Counted from the first letter of the stretch, positions 9,204-18,878 are shown. The stretch is 64,000 nt of DNA from a virus (IMGVR_UViG_3300049489_000400:34718-98717); one strand, 5' to 3'. Numbers and translations are program-made. Notes: generated by a model not told the origin, from the letters alone.

Positions 9204-10393
9204 TACATTTTTCCAATTGGAGAAGTCAAATTAACAGAAACTATCTCTTTGTCTTTAACCTTAGAAGCAAAGAAATTAACAGCTAATGCTATTATATCTA
9301 ACGATGGGTAAAAGTTAGAAAGATTAGATATTTTGTCAATCGTTTTCCACTTGTCTGAGTCAGTTCTCGAAGTCGATTTGTATTCTACATACATCATCAA
9401 AAGATCATAAACCAAATGAAGATATTTTGAGAAATGCATCAATGTTTGCTCTTCTGTTTCTGTTATTCTTTTTCCAGACTTTATTGAGTCTATGATCATG
9501 CTAAGGAAATAATCTACCTCTGCTAATCTAGGTTCAATTGATTCTGAATCGAAATTCATATCCATTCTTGCTGGAACAAATACATCGTACAAATCTTCAA
9601 ACTGACCATTACTCAACTGAACCTCATCATACATTTTCCAAGCAATAGGATTATCATTATATATATGAAGACTTTGAGAATTGTGAGTTTGAGTGCCTAA
9701 CTCAATACCTAAAATGTTAGCCATAATTTCAGTCAAGAAACTGAATTGGAAAACATTAGTGGGTAAACCCCAATGTAAATCATTACTTCTGTTAGAAATA
9801 GTCGTTCTCAATTTTCCATTTCTGATTTTCAAGAATACCATATCGTTACAAGGCAAATCCTTAGATTTAGTTCCTAAGTCCAAATCTGCATTCCAAATCT
9901 GCATAACTGCTCTTCTGGTTTCAGAATCTTTATGAAGGTCTTTTAGGGTCTGAAGAATCTGATCAACACCTTTATTCATTTGCTCTACTGCGTGACCATT
10001 ATTCTCTGGTGAGGTAGGTAAAGTCCTATCGAAAGAGGAAACACCATGTTTTCTCAGTCTAAACCCATATGGAGCATGGAAATTAACCCCATCGTCAGAA
10101 TAATTCTTCATATTAGAATTGAAGATATCAAGAAATGCTACATCTTTCTCTCCTTTGAAAATCCAAATAGCTTCAGCAAGAAGGAAAAATATGTTTATAT
10201 CTCTACCATTGTTTCCTACACAACGTCTGTACGGATTAGTGATTGTTGTCTTGAAGTCTATAATTTCTTTAGTATCCCCATTTCTGCTCTCTACAGAATC
10301 TCCATTCTCAATAACGTACTTGTTTATGAAAGGATAAGTTGAAGAGAAATTACTTGTCACAACAGAATCATTAATAATATTTTTCAAAGTCAT
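9203..10393 (-). CDS. thymidylate synthase-family protein, probable dUMP hydroxymethylase
   Basis: SRNG.TKE, YGFRL, TRRAVMQIW, catalytic DLPCN, RSNDLHWGLPTN (Asn indicates dUMP specificity), SLHIY; C-terminal extension. Confidence 0.85.
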   Translation of the reverse strand: MTLKNIINDSVVTSNFSSTYPFINKYVIENGDSVESRNGDTKEIIDFKTTITNPYRRCVGNNGRDINIFFLLAEAIWIFKGEKDVAFLDIFNSNMKNYSDDGVNFHAPYGFRLRKHGVSSFDRTLPTSPENNGHAVEQMNKGVDQILQTLKDLHKDSETRRAVMQIWNADLDLGTKSKDLPCNDMVFLKIRNGKLRTTISNRSNDLHWGLPTNVFQFSFLTEIMANILGIELGTQTHNSQSLHIYNDNPIAWKMYDEVQLSNGQFEDLYDVFVPARMDMNFDSESIEPRLAEVDYFLSMIIDSIKSGKRITETEEQTLMHFSKYLHLVYDLLMMYVEYKSTSRTDSDKWKTIDKISNLSNFYPSLDIIALAVNFFASKVKDKEIVSVNLTSPIGKM

Positions 10394-10424
10394 AATAAAG
10401 ATTTTTATTTTTAGTAACTATGCG

Positions 10425-10451
10425 AAAAAGGCACCCAATCGAGTGCCTTTT
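10425..10451 (-). terminator. rho-independent terminator
   Basis: Minus strand AAAAGGCACTCGATTGGGTGCCTTTTT. Confidence 0.75.
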
Positions 10452-10470
10452 ACAAATCTTAAAAGTATTA

Positions 10471-11484
10471 TTACTTCTTAGCTTTCTTTTTCGCAGGAGC
10501 AGCTGGCGCTTCTTCTTTCTTTGAAGATTTAACTTTCTCAGCTTTTTTCGCATTTGAAGATTTCAAATCTTTCTCCATCTTCTCACGATTTTTCCCAAGC
10601 TTGTCATCTTTCTTAGAAAGGTTAGCTACAACTTCATCGAAACCATCTTTGTTTTCTTTGATACATTCTACCAACTCATCTAATGAGATTCCCATCACAA
10701 GCATGTTACCAGACCATGATTTTTTGATTTCAAAATCTTCTCCGAACAAATCACGTAAAACATTCTCGTCACGTACTGAAGACATGTAAACACGTCCGAT
10801 GATTTCTCCATCTTTCGTAACTTTAGGTGAATCGAAAGACATGAATACTTTCTTGTTATTCTTACCTAAGAATTTAACAGAAACACCTCCGTTAGCAATA
10901 AAGTTGTATTCAAAATCTTTTCCTAATGCTTTCTTCAACGCATCGAATTTTTTCGCATCCTCTTCTGACTGTAAAGGATTCAAACGCTTAGAAACTTTCG
11001 GCTCAGCTTTTGCTTTCTCCTTTTTTGTAGTTTCTTTTTTAGCTTTCTTATCAGCTGATTTTTGAACTTTGTCGTTCTTTTTCTCAACTTCTACACTTTT
11101 CTTAGAAGATGATTTTTTCTTTGGAGCAGGCTCTTCATCTTCCTCTTCTTCATCCTCGTCCTCATCTTCCTCTTCTTCATCCTCGTCGTCTGAATCATCC
11201 TCATCCTCATCCTCGTCATCAGAATCTTCGTCTTCATCTTCTGAATCCTCGTCCTCAACTTCGTCAGCTAAATCGTCATTAGCTTGTTCGCTATCTTCAT
11301 ACATAGCATCTACCATTTCGAACAAATCTTCATACGAATCATCGTCCACGTCTTCGATATCATTCTCATTCAAGAATTCAATCATTTGCTTTCTCGCTTC
11401 TTCAACGGTACTAACACCTTTGATTCCTACGCCAGCAAGTTCCTTAACTTGTTCCTTGCTCAACTTTACTTCTTTCTTTGCCAT
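10471..11484 (-). CDS. hypothetical protein with acidic tract and histone H1-like basic segments
   Basis: 337 aa; long D/E run, K-rich linker, C-terminal APAAPAKKKAKK; has its own promoter and terminator. Confidence 0.75.
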   Translation of the reverse strand: MAKKEVKLSKEQVKELAGVGIKGVSTVEEARKQMIEFLNENDIEDVDDDSYEDLFEMVDAMYEDSEQANDDLADEVEDEDSEDEDEDSDDEDEDEDDSDDEDEEEEDEDEDEEEEDEEPAPKKKSSSKKSVEVEKKNDKVQKSADKKAKKETTKKEKAKAEPKVSKRLNPLQSEEDAKKFDALKKALGKDFEYNFIANGGVSVKFLGKNNKKVFMSFDSPKVTKDGEIIGRVYMSSVRDENVLRDLFGEDFEIKKSWSGNMLVMGISLDELVECIKENKDGFDEVVANLSKKDDKLGKNREKMEKDLKSSNAKKAEKVKSSKKEEAPAAPAKKKAKK

Positions 11485-11560
11485 AGCACTTTACAATTTA
11501 AAAATTAAAAATTATTCCTTGTTATTTGTTCTATTTAACTTTGTTAGAAACAATTATACA

Positions 11561-11620
11561 GCTAAATTAGAAACTATTTTTTACTCTACAAAATTTTTTC
11601 CAAATTATTTTTGAAAAATT
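11561..11620 (-). promoter_or_regulatory. Bacteroidota-type (-33/-7) early promoter, copy 1
   Basis: Minus strand AAAAATAATTTGGAAAAAATTTTG-19 nt-TAATTTAGC; near-identical copy at 12502-12561. Confidence 0.65.
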
Positions 11621-12205
11621 TTAATCTTCTTGATAACTTACTGAAAACTCTCTAACTTCTGTATTGTTATTCAGTAAATAATCTTTAAGTATTTTCAAAT
11701 TTATTTTATTCGTTTCAGTTGGGTCTAATTTACTATTTTTGAAAATCTTCTCAATCTTAGTTTTATCAGCACCCTTTAGATGGAATTTTATCATCTTTCT
11801 TTCTTGACCTTTAAATAGGCTCAATACATCGAAACCGTCAATTACAAATTCCATATTTTCCGCATCAAGAATTTCTTTATGCTCTCTTCCATAATCAAAG
11901 TTAATTTGAGACATAGGAATCATTTTAACTTTATTTATGTCTTTGATGAAGTCTCTTGATTTATTCAATAATGCGCTTCTAAGATAGGCTTCCATCGGAA
12001 CTGGCTTACAACGTCCTGTTTTCTTGTACTCTGCCCATTTCTTAGCGTACATCTTAATAGAAGTGAACAATTTCTCCTTTAATTCTTGAACAATATCTTG
12101 TTTCTCCATTCCGATATTGTTTTCAGACCAAATCTTGTCTGCATAATACTTCGCTAAATGCTCGAACTTGAAGTAGTATCTTTCTGTTAAAGTCATCTTA
12201 TTCAT
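11621..12205 (-). CDS. phage RNA polymerase sigma-like factor
   Basis: Region-2-like EKQDIVQEL..KLF...YLRSALLNKSRDFIK; 194 aa. Confidence 0.6.
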   Translation of the reverse strand: MNKMTLTERYYFKFEHLAKYYADKIWSENNIGMEKQDIVQELKEKLFTSIKMYAKKWAEYKKTGRCKPVPMEAYLRSALLNKSRDFIKDINKVKMIPMSQINFDYGREHKEILDAENMEFVIDGFDVLSLFKGQERKMIKFHLKGADKTKIEKIFKNSKLDPTETNKINLKILKDYLLNNNTEVREFSVSYQED

Positions 12206-12462
12206 GCTTCGAATGTTTCAGCGTTATCAAATAATTCCATTAACAATTCTCTCAAATCATCAATCTTCATCCAACCCACTAAATCATCGTTAACATAAAT
12301 ATCCCCTGATACAGGATTAGCATCGTCTTCATTCCATTTATAGAAATTGACTTTAATTTCATCACCCTCTTTTATTTGAATAGCGTTACCATCGATAATG
12401 GTTTGGGTGTTTCTTTCTGACTTTCTCGTTCTGATGAACTCAGTCGTACCAACTTTTGACAT
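12202..12462 (-). CDS. hypothetical protein
   Basis: 86 aa ORF directly downstream of promoter copy 2. Confidence 0.6.
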   Translation of the reverse strand: MSKVGTTEFIRTRKSERNTQTIIDGNAIQIKEGDEIKVNFYKWNEDDANPVSGDIYVNDDLVGWMKIDDLRELLMELFDNAETFEA

Positions 12463-12501
12463 AATTTACAGTTTAATAGTTTACAATAATAAAATTCTAA
12501 A

Positions 12502-12561
12502 GCGAATTTCTAAACTATTTTTTAATAGGCAAAATTTTTTCCAAATTATTTTTAAAAAATT
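12502..12561 (-). promoter_or_regulatory. Bacteroidota-type (-33/-7) early promoter, copy 2
   Basis: Minus strand AAAAATAATTTGGAAAAAATTTTG-19 nt-GAAATTCGC; repeat of 11561-11620. Confidence 0.6.
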
Positions 12562-12977
12562 CTACGAATCTGTATTAAACCTACAGAAATATTTTCTGAA
12601 TTTTTTTCTATAATAGCTGTACTATCAAATAAATCGTAACTTATCAATCGACATCCTTGACCGTTATAAGAAAAATCTGACCCAATAAAGTAGTAGAAGT
12701 ATTTGTCTCTTTTGTTAAAACCTTCAGGCATATTTTCTGAACCGAAAAGTTGCTCAGTCATATCTCTTTTCAATTCTTCATCATCGAAAATAGAAATTAA
12801 CATATTCTTTTTAGATATGTCATTTATTTTGTCTTTTTTGAATTGTAGAACCTTTTTGAACTTAGCCTTATCATCTGACGATGGGTAAATCTTTGTTCTT
12901 AGTTCATACAATAAATATTCCAATTGCAATCTATTGAAATATTCAAGAATCGAAATATGTCTGTCTTTCGGCTTCAT
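12552..12977 (-). CDS. hypothetical protein
   Basis: 141 aa, coupled to the primase stop. Confidence 0.65.
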   Translation of the reverse strand: MKPKDRHISILEYFNRLQLEYLLYELRTKIYPSSDDKAKFKKVLQFKKDKINDISKKNMLISIFDDEELKRDMTEQLFGSENMPEGFNKRDKYFYYFIGSDFSYNGQGCRLISYDLFDSTAIIEKNSENISVGLIQIRRIF

Positions 12978-13960
12978 AACTTGATCTTTACAGCTCTTCT
13001 ATTAAATTTTTCCACTGACATTAATCTATCAAACATATTAATAACATCCTCTTCTGAAGAGTCATTTATATCCTTACCAATAGTATAAGTCATTTCAACT
13101 TGGAAGAAATTTGACAATATGCTACCATACTTTTTCATTTCTGGTATTGCATCATCATCGAAAATCAGAATGATTTTCTTCAAATTCTTACTCAACATTT
13201 TTAATATCTGAAATTGGCTGATCTTTTTGCCGAATGTAGCACAACATTTTATTTCGTCTTGTTCGTCAAGACACAATATGTTATCTAATGTTATCTTATC
13301 AATTAGACCTTCTACTAATATCAAAGTATTTGTATTTTCATTGATTTCGTCATAACCAAAAAGAAGATTTGAAAATTTAGCACCTTTGTCATTTCTGTAT
13401 CTCGGCTTCTTGATTCCTGTCTCTTTCTCGTATTTCTTTATCTTTTCCTTGCTCCAATTCAACCTGGCTACATAACCTTTAACTTCAGATTCCTCCTTAA
13501 TAAGGAATATGACATAGTCTTTTAATGAAGGTTTTAAATCTGTATAACCAATATCGAATTTATGGAAATTATCAGAATTTATTTTTCGATTTTCAAGATA
13601 TTTATCTGAATAGACTCTCTTGAAACCAACAGGTTTTTTCCTTTCAGGTGTTTCTACATCAATTTCTTCTTCAAATTCTGAAATCTCAGTAAGTAAGGTT
13701 ATTTTGTTTCTATCAATAGATTTGTATTCTCCTAATAGAAATAACTTATTTACAGCTACAAGTAACTTTATTATGTTACCCTCTTCACCGCATTTTTTAC
13801 AATCCCAAAGTTGAGTATCTCTTTGAATATAAAAGTGACCATTCTTTCCACATAATGGACAATCTGAAATGTAGTGATTCCTAGAACCAAGTTTAACCTT
13901 ACCAAGTATTGATTTTAAATCCTCATCCGATATTTTTGAGTTATTCCTCATCGTCCTCAA
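12974..13960 (-). CDS. dnaG: DNA primase
   Basis: Zn-binding CPLC..H...CKKC, TOPRIM LVEGLID and FDDD; next to DnaB. Confidence 0.9.
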   Translation of the reverse strand: MRTMRNNSKISDEDLKSILGKVKLGSRNHYISDCPLCGKNGHFYIQRDTQLWDCKKCGEEGNIIKLLVAVNKLFLLGEYKSIDRNKITLLTEISEFEEEIDVETPERKKPVGFKRVYSDKYLENRKINSDNFHKFDIGYTDLKPSLKDYVIFLIKEESEVKGYVARLNWSKEKIKKYEKETGIKKPRYRNDKGAKFSNLLFGYDEINENTNTLILVEGLIDKITLDNILCLDEQDEIKCCATFGKKISQFQILKMLSKNLKKIILIFDDDAIPEMKKYGSILSNFFQVEMTYTIGKDINDSSEEDVINMFDRLMSVEKFNRRAVKIKL

Positions 13961-15305
13961 AATCTAAGATATATTCGATTGTTTTCTTTCTGTCGTAGAA
14001 TCTCGACCTTGAATAATTTGTAATCAATTTAACAGTTTGACCTGAAGCATATTCACGCATCTTATCTATGAATATCCTAACTCTAGGACAGCTATCTCCA
14101 TTTTTGTCTACGAATTTCATTTCATCATAAGACTGATTAAGAGTGAAGAAAAAGTCAAATGGTCTAATTTTACCCTTATCTTCAGACAAATATTCCCTAG
14201 TCATAACAAAATTTATATCCTTCTTCAACTCTGAAGGTAGGCTTGATGCTTGTGTTACAGTAGCTACAACTACATCGAACTCCATAGCAATCTCTTTTAG
14301 ATGACGACCTATTTTCTGTTGTCGGTGACGTTCATTCGTTGGCCCATATACTATTCCATCTCCTAACTCAATCAACTCTAAATAGTCAATACAAACCAAA
14401 TCTAACTCATCTCCGTAAATCTTTTTTAAGTCCTTTACGTTTTTACGAATATCATTGATTGTAGCACCTCCGAATTTTTCATATGCTTCTACAAAAATTT
14501 CACCTCTCATCTTTTTCAAGACAGCTTTTACTTTTTTGTATCGGTCATCTTCAATCTCACCTCTTTTTATATCATGGTATAATGCTCCTGTCCAAGCAGC
14601 ATCTAATCTATTCATGACTTGTTTTTCAGTACCTTCTATTTGAAATAAAGCAACTTTAGAACCTCTTCTTGAAGTTTGAACAGCATAATGGACAAGGAAC
14701 TGAGATTTACCCATCCCTGATTCTGCCATTAATAAAACTGTTTCACCTGTCTCTGGACCACCTTTAGAAACATCGTCCATCTGTTCTATACAGAATGGTA
14801 CTTTCCTTCTAGGTGATTCATTCAACATCCTTTCAATCTGACGACTTTCAAAATCGCCATATACTTTGTTGAAATACTTCTCTTTGATTGAAAATTTTGA
14901 AAGTTCTTCAGCACCTTTTATAAAAGTAGAATAAGCCTTGCTTTGCTCACCTCTATTGTATAATTCTCCAGAAGATTGAAACAACTCTACAAATTTACTT
15001 TCTTTTATAAAATCCTGAAATGATTCAATAACAGTATTCTGGTCTACATTGTCAACTACCTTTATCTCATAAATTAAATCCCTTACCTTTTCATCTTTTC
15101 TAAACTCAATTTGAAGAACCCCGAGTGAAGGAATCTTGCCATTTAATGTATAAAGTTGTAAAGCCTTTTTCCACAACTTCTTTTCGTGCTCGTGAGTGAG
15201 ATATGAATATTTTAAATGCTCTGTTAAAACCTCGAAAAAATTATTATTTCTAAATGCACAGTTGAATAGCTCAATCACATATTCATCAGTCAAATTATTC
15301 TCCAT
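13941..15305 (-). CDS. dnaB: replicative DNA helicase (DnaB/gp41-like)
   Basis: Walker A AESGMGKS, IDYLEL, ATVTQA, DKMR motifs. Confidence 0.92.
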   Translation of the reverse strand: MENNLTDEYVIELFNCAFRNNNFFEVLTEHLKYSYLTHEHEKKLWKKALQLYTLNGKIPSLGVLQIEFRKDEKVRDLIYEIKVVDNVDQNTVIESFQDFIKESKFVELFQSSGELYNRGEQSKAYSTFIKGAEELSKFSIKEKYFNKVYGDFESRQIERMLNESPRRKVPFCIEQMDDVSKGGPETGETVLLMAESGMGKSQFLVHYAVQTSRRGSKVALFQIEGTEKQVMNRLDAAWTGALYHDIKRGEIEDDRYKKVKAVLKKMRGEIFVEAYEKFGGATINDIRKNVKDLKKIYGDELDLVCIDYLELIELGDGIVYGPTNERHRQQKIGRHLKEIAMEFDVVVATVTQASSLPSELKKDINFVMTREYLSEDKGKIRPFDFFFTLNQSYDEMKFVDKNGDSCPRVRIFIDKMREYASGQTVKLITNYSRSRFYDRKKTIEYILDFEDDEE

Positions 15306-15639
15306 GTAATATCTTCTTAATTTCCGTATATCCTAACGGTGTTACGGTTACTTTTTGCACCAAACCTCTAAAACCTTTACGGTCAACCATCTCACCTCTT
15401 TGTATGAACCATTGAAGTCCTAGATACTTTTGAAATGGTAAATATCTACCTTGAACAGATTTTCCAAGAATCTGCTTTGAAGTTAAAACAGACAAAAATT
15501 TCTTATAAGAAACACCGCAATACTTAGCAGCTTGTTGCATGGTTATTTCCTTTAAAACCTTATTATTTATAGGTGTTACGTCTGGAAATGGAATCTCAGG
15601 ATGCTTTTCTTTATCGAAATCAAATCTTAATTGACTCAT
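15295..15639 (-). CDS. antirepressor ANT/KilA-C-like DNA-binding protein
   Basis: QAAK..G.S..KF...L....IL...LP.QKY...WF...VTVTPLG pattern. Confidence 0.65.
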   Translation of the reverse strand: MSQLRFDFDKEKHPEIPFPDVTPINNKVLKEITMQQAAKYCGVSYKKFLSVLTSKQILGKSVQGRYLPFQKYLGLQWFIQRGEMVDRKGFRGLVQKVTVTPLGYTEIKKILHGE

Positions 15640-15644
15640 AAGTT

Positions 15645-16259
15645 TTAATTTTTATAGTAACCTCTAAGTTTGTACACTTTATTGTAATTTTCTTCTAAAT
15701 ACTTCTTACATTCAGAAGACTTGTTACAAATACTGCAATACTTCGATTTATGATTATATAACGATGTACTTATAAGGCAATAACCAAATCCCTTAGAAGT
15801 GTTATGAAATCTAGCCTTTTCTTGCTCTTCGTGATCAGATACCTCTAAAAGTATCTTTTTGTATTCATTCGATGATTGATTGTCTCTCTCTTCAAATTTA
15901 ACATCCTTCTTCAGATTTTTACGAATGATAAAATCAGTCTTTTTCTTTTGCTTGTCAGTTCTTGAATTCCAACGCTCAATAGCTTTAGAACCAATAATCC
16001 ACTCTATCTGGATAGAAGTTCCTTTGCCATATTTAGCGTCATGCTTATACCAATAATTGAATTGATACTCCATGAACTTCTTCAAGTTATCCTCAGCTAC
16101 AAAATCAGAATTAGTTATTGATTTGAATAATTCTATGAAATTAAGAATCATAGTATTCCTAGTTGGAGTCATCTTGAATTTATAAGATTTATTTTTTGTA
16201 ATTTGTATAGTGTAATACTTATACAAATCTACCACAAGTCTTAAATCTTTATTCATCAA
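15645..16259 (-). CDS. hypothetical protein with C-terminal Cys/His Zn-like motif
   Basis: 204 aa; HKSKYCSICNKSSEC; in the helicase cluster. Confidence 0.65.
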   Translation of the reverse strand: MMNKDLRLVVDLYKYYTIQITKNKSYKFKMTPTRNTMILNFIELFKSITNSDFVAEDNLKKFMEYQFNYWYKHDAKYGKGTSIQIEWIIGSKAIERWNSRTDKQKKKTDFIIRKNLKKDVKFEERDNQSSNEYKKILLEVSDHEEQEKARFHNTSKGFGYCLISTSLYNHKSKYCSICNKSSECKKYLEENYNKVYKLRGYYKN

Positions 16260-17724
16260 ACCATTCTTTAATTGATTGTTCTACATCTAATAAGTCTGTT
16301 TCATCATAAACCTCTATTCTATCAGAACCTACACTATCAGAATAAACCTCCAACCTATTCAAGCTATGGTCTGAAAAATAGTCTTCCTGAATATCCATAA
16401 TGTCAAGTATCACAGCACGACTTTTGTTTTCCACAGCACCTAATACACGACCTTTCTTTTGCATTATAGAACTTCCTTCCAAACCTCCATCAGCAATTAT
16501 AAGTATCTCCACCTCTGGAAGAGTTATACCCTTCTTGTAGATATTACTAGCTAACAAGACTTTACCACGACCTCTTAGGAATTTTTCTTTCTCTTCATTT
16601 CGCTTTTCTGTTTTATCATCACCACAAATGAATATACATTCTGACAGTTCACTGATTAAATATCCATGTTGTTTTGAATTGAAAATCATCAAAGTCTTCC
16701 ACTTATTCTTTTTACACATCTGTATCAGCTGTAATAGAATCATATTTCTGTCTTTGTTTTCATGTATCAGTTTCTTCAAATATTGCTGATACTTAGATTC
16801 ATCTTCAGATACTCTAACTCTTTTTGTATGTTGATGAGATATTAGAATAACTTTATCTGTAGATAACCACCCCTCATCTTGAAGTCTTTCGATTGGGACT
16901 TCATATACAATTCCTCCGAAAAATTCTTTGATTTGCAAGTTACCTATTAAATTGCCCTGTTTGAATGGCGTAGCTGACAAACCTAGCAAGAAATTAACGT
17001 TCTTGCATTTCTTCATAAGTTTCATCCGATTATCAGACATGAACTCTTGAATTTCATCAACTATCAAACAATTCAAATTTCTAAAATACTTATCAAGTAT
17101 TTTTGTCTCAGGTTTTTTTCTGCTATATATAGAAGTCACTGTTTGTATCATAGCAACAGTGACTTGCCTTATATTTACTCCGAAAGAATCTATTGTTCCT
17201 ATTGATTTTTCCTGTATGTTCAAGAATTTAGCTAGTTCTTCTACAGTTTGACTAAACAAATCCGTAGTATCTACATAAAACAAAAAATCTGACTTAGGAT
17301 TGCTAGCAATTATCTGTCTTATTATTTCTCCAGAAACGAATGTTTTCCCACCTCTTGTAGGAATTTTTATTATTCCAATATTTGCTTTGAAAAATGCATT
17401 AACTGCTTCTCCTTGATGTGGTCTGAGCGAATCCTTTAGAACAAAATTATCAACAATCTCATTTCTATAATCGCTTTCTATAATTTTGTATGTAACTTTG
17501 CTTTTATTTAGAAAATACAATAGTTCATCCAACAAACCGACTTCAAATTCAAGTGCTGGCGTAAAAAATTTTTTATAACCATCCCATTTTCCTTCTTTGA
17601 ATAGGTCTGAATATTGACAACCTTCAATCCAAACTTTTAAAGCCTTTTTACATATTGCTAGTTCTCTGGGAATGTTAGAACTGAATCTGTATTTACGAAA
17701 ATTAATTCTGGTAATAGTAACCAT
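16249..17724 (-). CDS. superfamily 2 helicase (UvsW-like)
   Basis: LRPHQ, PTRGGKT, DEIQ, GLSATP, QKKGRVL motifs. Confidence 0.9.
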   Translation of the reverse strand: MVTITRINFRKYRFSSNIPRELAICKKALKVWIEGCQYSDLFKEGKWDGYKKFFTPALEFEVGLLDELLYFLNKSKVTYKIIESDYRNEIVDNFVLKDSLRPHQGEAVNAFFKANIGIIKIPTRGGKTFVSGEIIRQIIASNPKSDFLFYVDTTDLFSQTVEELAKFLNIQEKSIGTIDSFGVNIRQVTVAMIQTVTSIYSRKKPETKILDKYFRNLNCLIVDEIQEFMSDNRMKLMKKCKNVNFLLGLSATPFKQGNLIGNLQIKEFFGGIVYEVPIERLQDEGWLSTDKVILISHQHTKRVRVSEDESKYQQYLKKLIHENKDRNMILLQLIQMCKKNKWKTLMIFNSKQHGYLISELSECIFICGDDKTEKRNEEKEKFLRGRGKVLLASNIYKKGITLPEVEILIIADGGLEGSSIMQKKGRVLGAVENKSRAVILDIMDIQEDYFSDHSLNRLEVYSDSVGSDRIEVYDETDLLDVEQSIKEWFDE

Positions 17725-18017
17725 GTCTGTGCGATATTAATAATTTTACTCAGAGTAAAAGGTCTCAAAGACAAAACCCCCTTACCCCCTTAATGAAAAG
17801 TATTTACTCATCATAATTAGGTTGACGCAACTGACAAACCCCGAAAAACAATATGCGTCATTTAACTCAATACCGAATAACTTTGGCGTAATGAGTTAAT
17901 AAATGAAACTTTTTTTAAAAAACATAGGATTTAAGCCACTTTCGACCACCCTCACACCCGTAGTCCACTTTCGACTTTTCCAATTTGGATTTATTGGTCT
18001 AAATTCTGTTTACAAAT

Positions 18018-18043
18018 AAAAATGCCCTCAATCGAAGGCATTT
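18018..18043 (-). terminator. rho-independent terminator ending the structural operon
   Basis: Minus strand AAATGCCTTCGATTGAGGGCATTTTT. Confidence 0.7.
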
Positions 18044-18069
18044 AAAATTGGAGGCTGCTATGGCAAGCC

Positions 18070-18876
18070 TTAATCGTAGGAAAATATTACCTCCAATGTC
18101 TCTTTGGTATTTGTTTTACAAGAAATATCTTCACATTCCTCATTTTCACAAGAATCATTTTTTATGATTTCTCTTTTTATCCAAAATGCTATTGCCTTTT
18201 TAGGTTTTAATTCCTCTATTATTAAAGTAGTACCATCTTCAAATCCTGACAAATTAGAATCGAATAGTTCAGCTGTTCCTGGCGTTACCAATTCTACTAA
18301 TTCATTAGTTTCTTGATTGTCTCTTCTCTGTATCAGAAATGATTCAGTAGAAGTTTTTTCAACAAAGAAATTTTCATTATTCTTGAAAGCCTTAACTATA
18401 TCGTCAACCAAACTCTCCTTAGTATTCCCAGATAATTCAAATTCAACATCGAATAGACTAACAGCGTCGCCAATAGAACCACCTAATTTCACCTTACAAT
18501 TACTGTATTCTCTAGTCGTTGTAGGTTGGAACCATTCTACATTAAAAGGCTCTTCCTTTCTGCTATTTATTTTTTCTATTTGTATAGCATCTCCTTCTGT
18601 AGGTGAAACTGCTCCCCAATAGAAGTCGCAATCAGAATTAGTTTGAATGATTTGTTCTAATTTAAGATTTACTATATTCTCATTAGTATCGTTATATAAG
18701 AAAATAGCCATACATTCTTTAGAACCAACCATCTTTCCGTATATAGAAATATCTCCAAACAAGAAATTCATTCTAGCATTAGGAACTGGAGTGGAAGACA
18801 TGAATCCTCCTGTGCTGCTAATAGGTGACTTTTGTTCACCCATAAAAAATGTTGCTCCTGATAAAAGTAGTTTCAT
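18070..18876 (-). CDS. putative virion/baseplate-associated protein
   Basis: Last gene of the tail module; S.GG..S.T.V......LF.DI N-terminus; Cys-rich end. Confidence 0.55.
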   Translation of the reverse strand: MKLLLSGATFFMGEQKSPISSTGGFMSSTPVPNARMNFLFGDISIYGKMVGSKECMAIFLYNDTNENIVNLKLEQIIQTNSDCDFYWGAVSPTEGDAIQIEKINSRKEEPFNVEWFQPTTTREYSNCKVKLGGSIGDAVSLFDVEFELSGNTKESLVDDIVKAFKNNENFFVEKTSTESFLIQRRDNQETNELVELVTPGTAELFDSNLSGFEDGTTLIIEELKPKKAIAFWIKREIIKNDSCENEECEDISCKTNTKETLEVIFSYD

Positions 18877-18878
18877 GA

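Noticed and set aside
10371-10553. Small alternative-frame minus-strand ORFs (10371-10553, 58553-58798)
   Set aside because: They overlap established genes or a terminator and have no supporting features.
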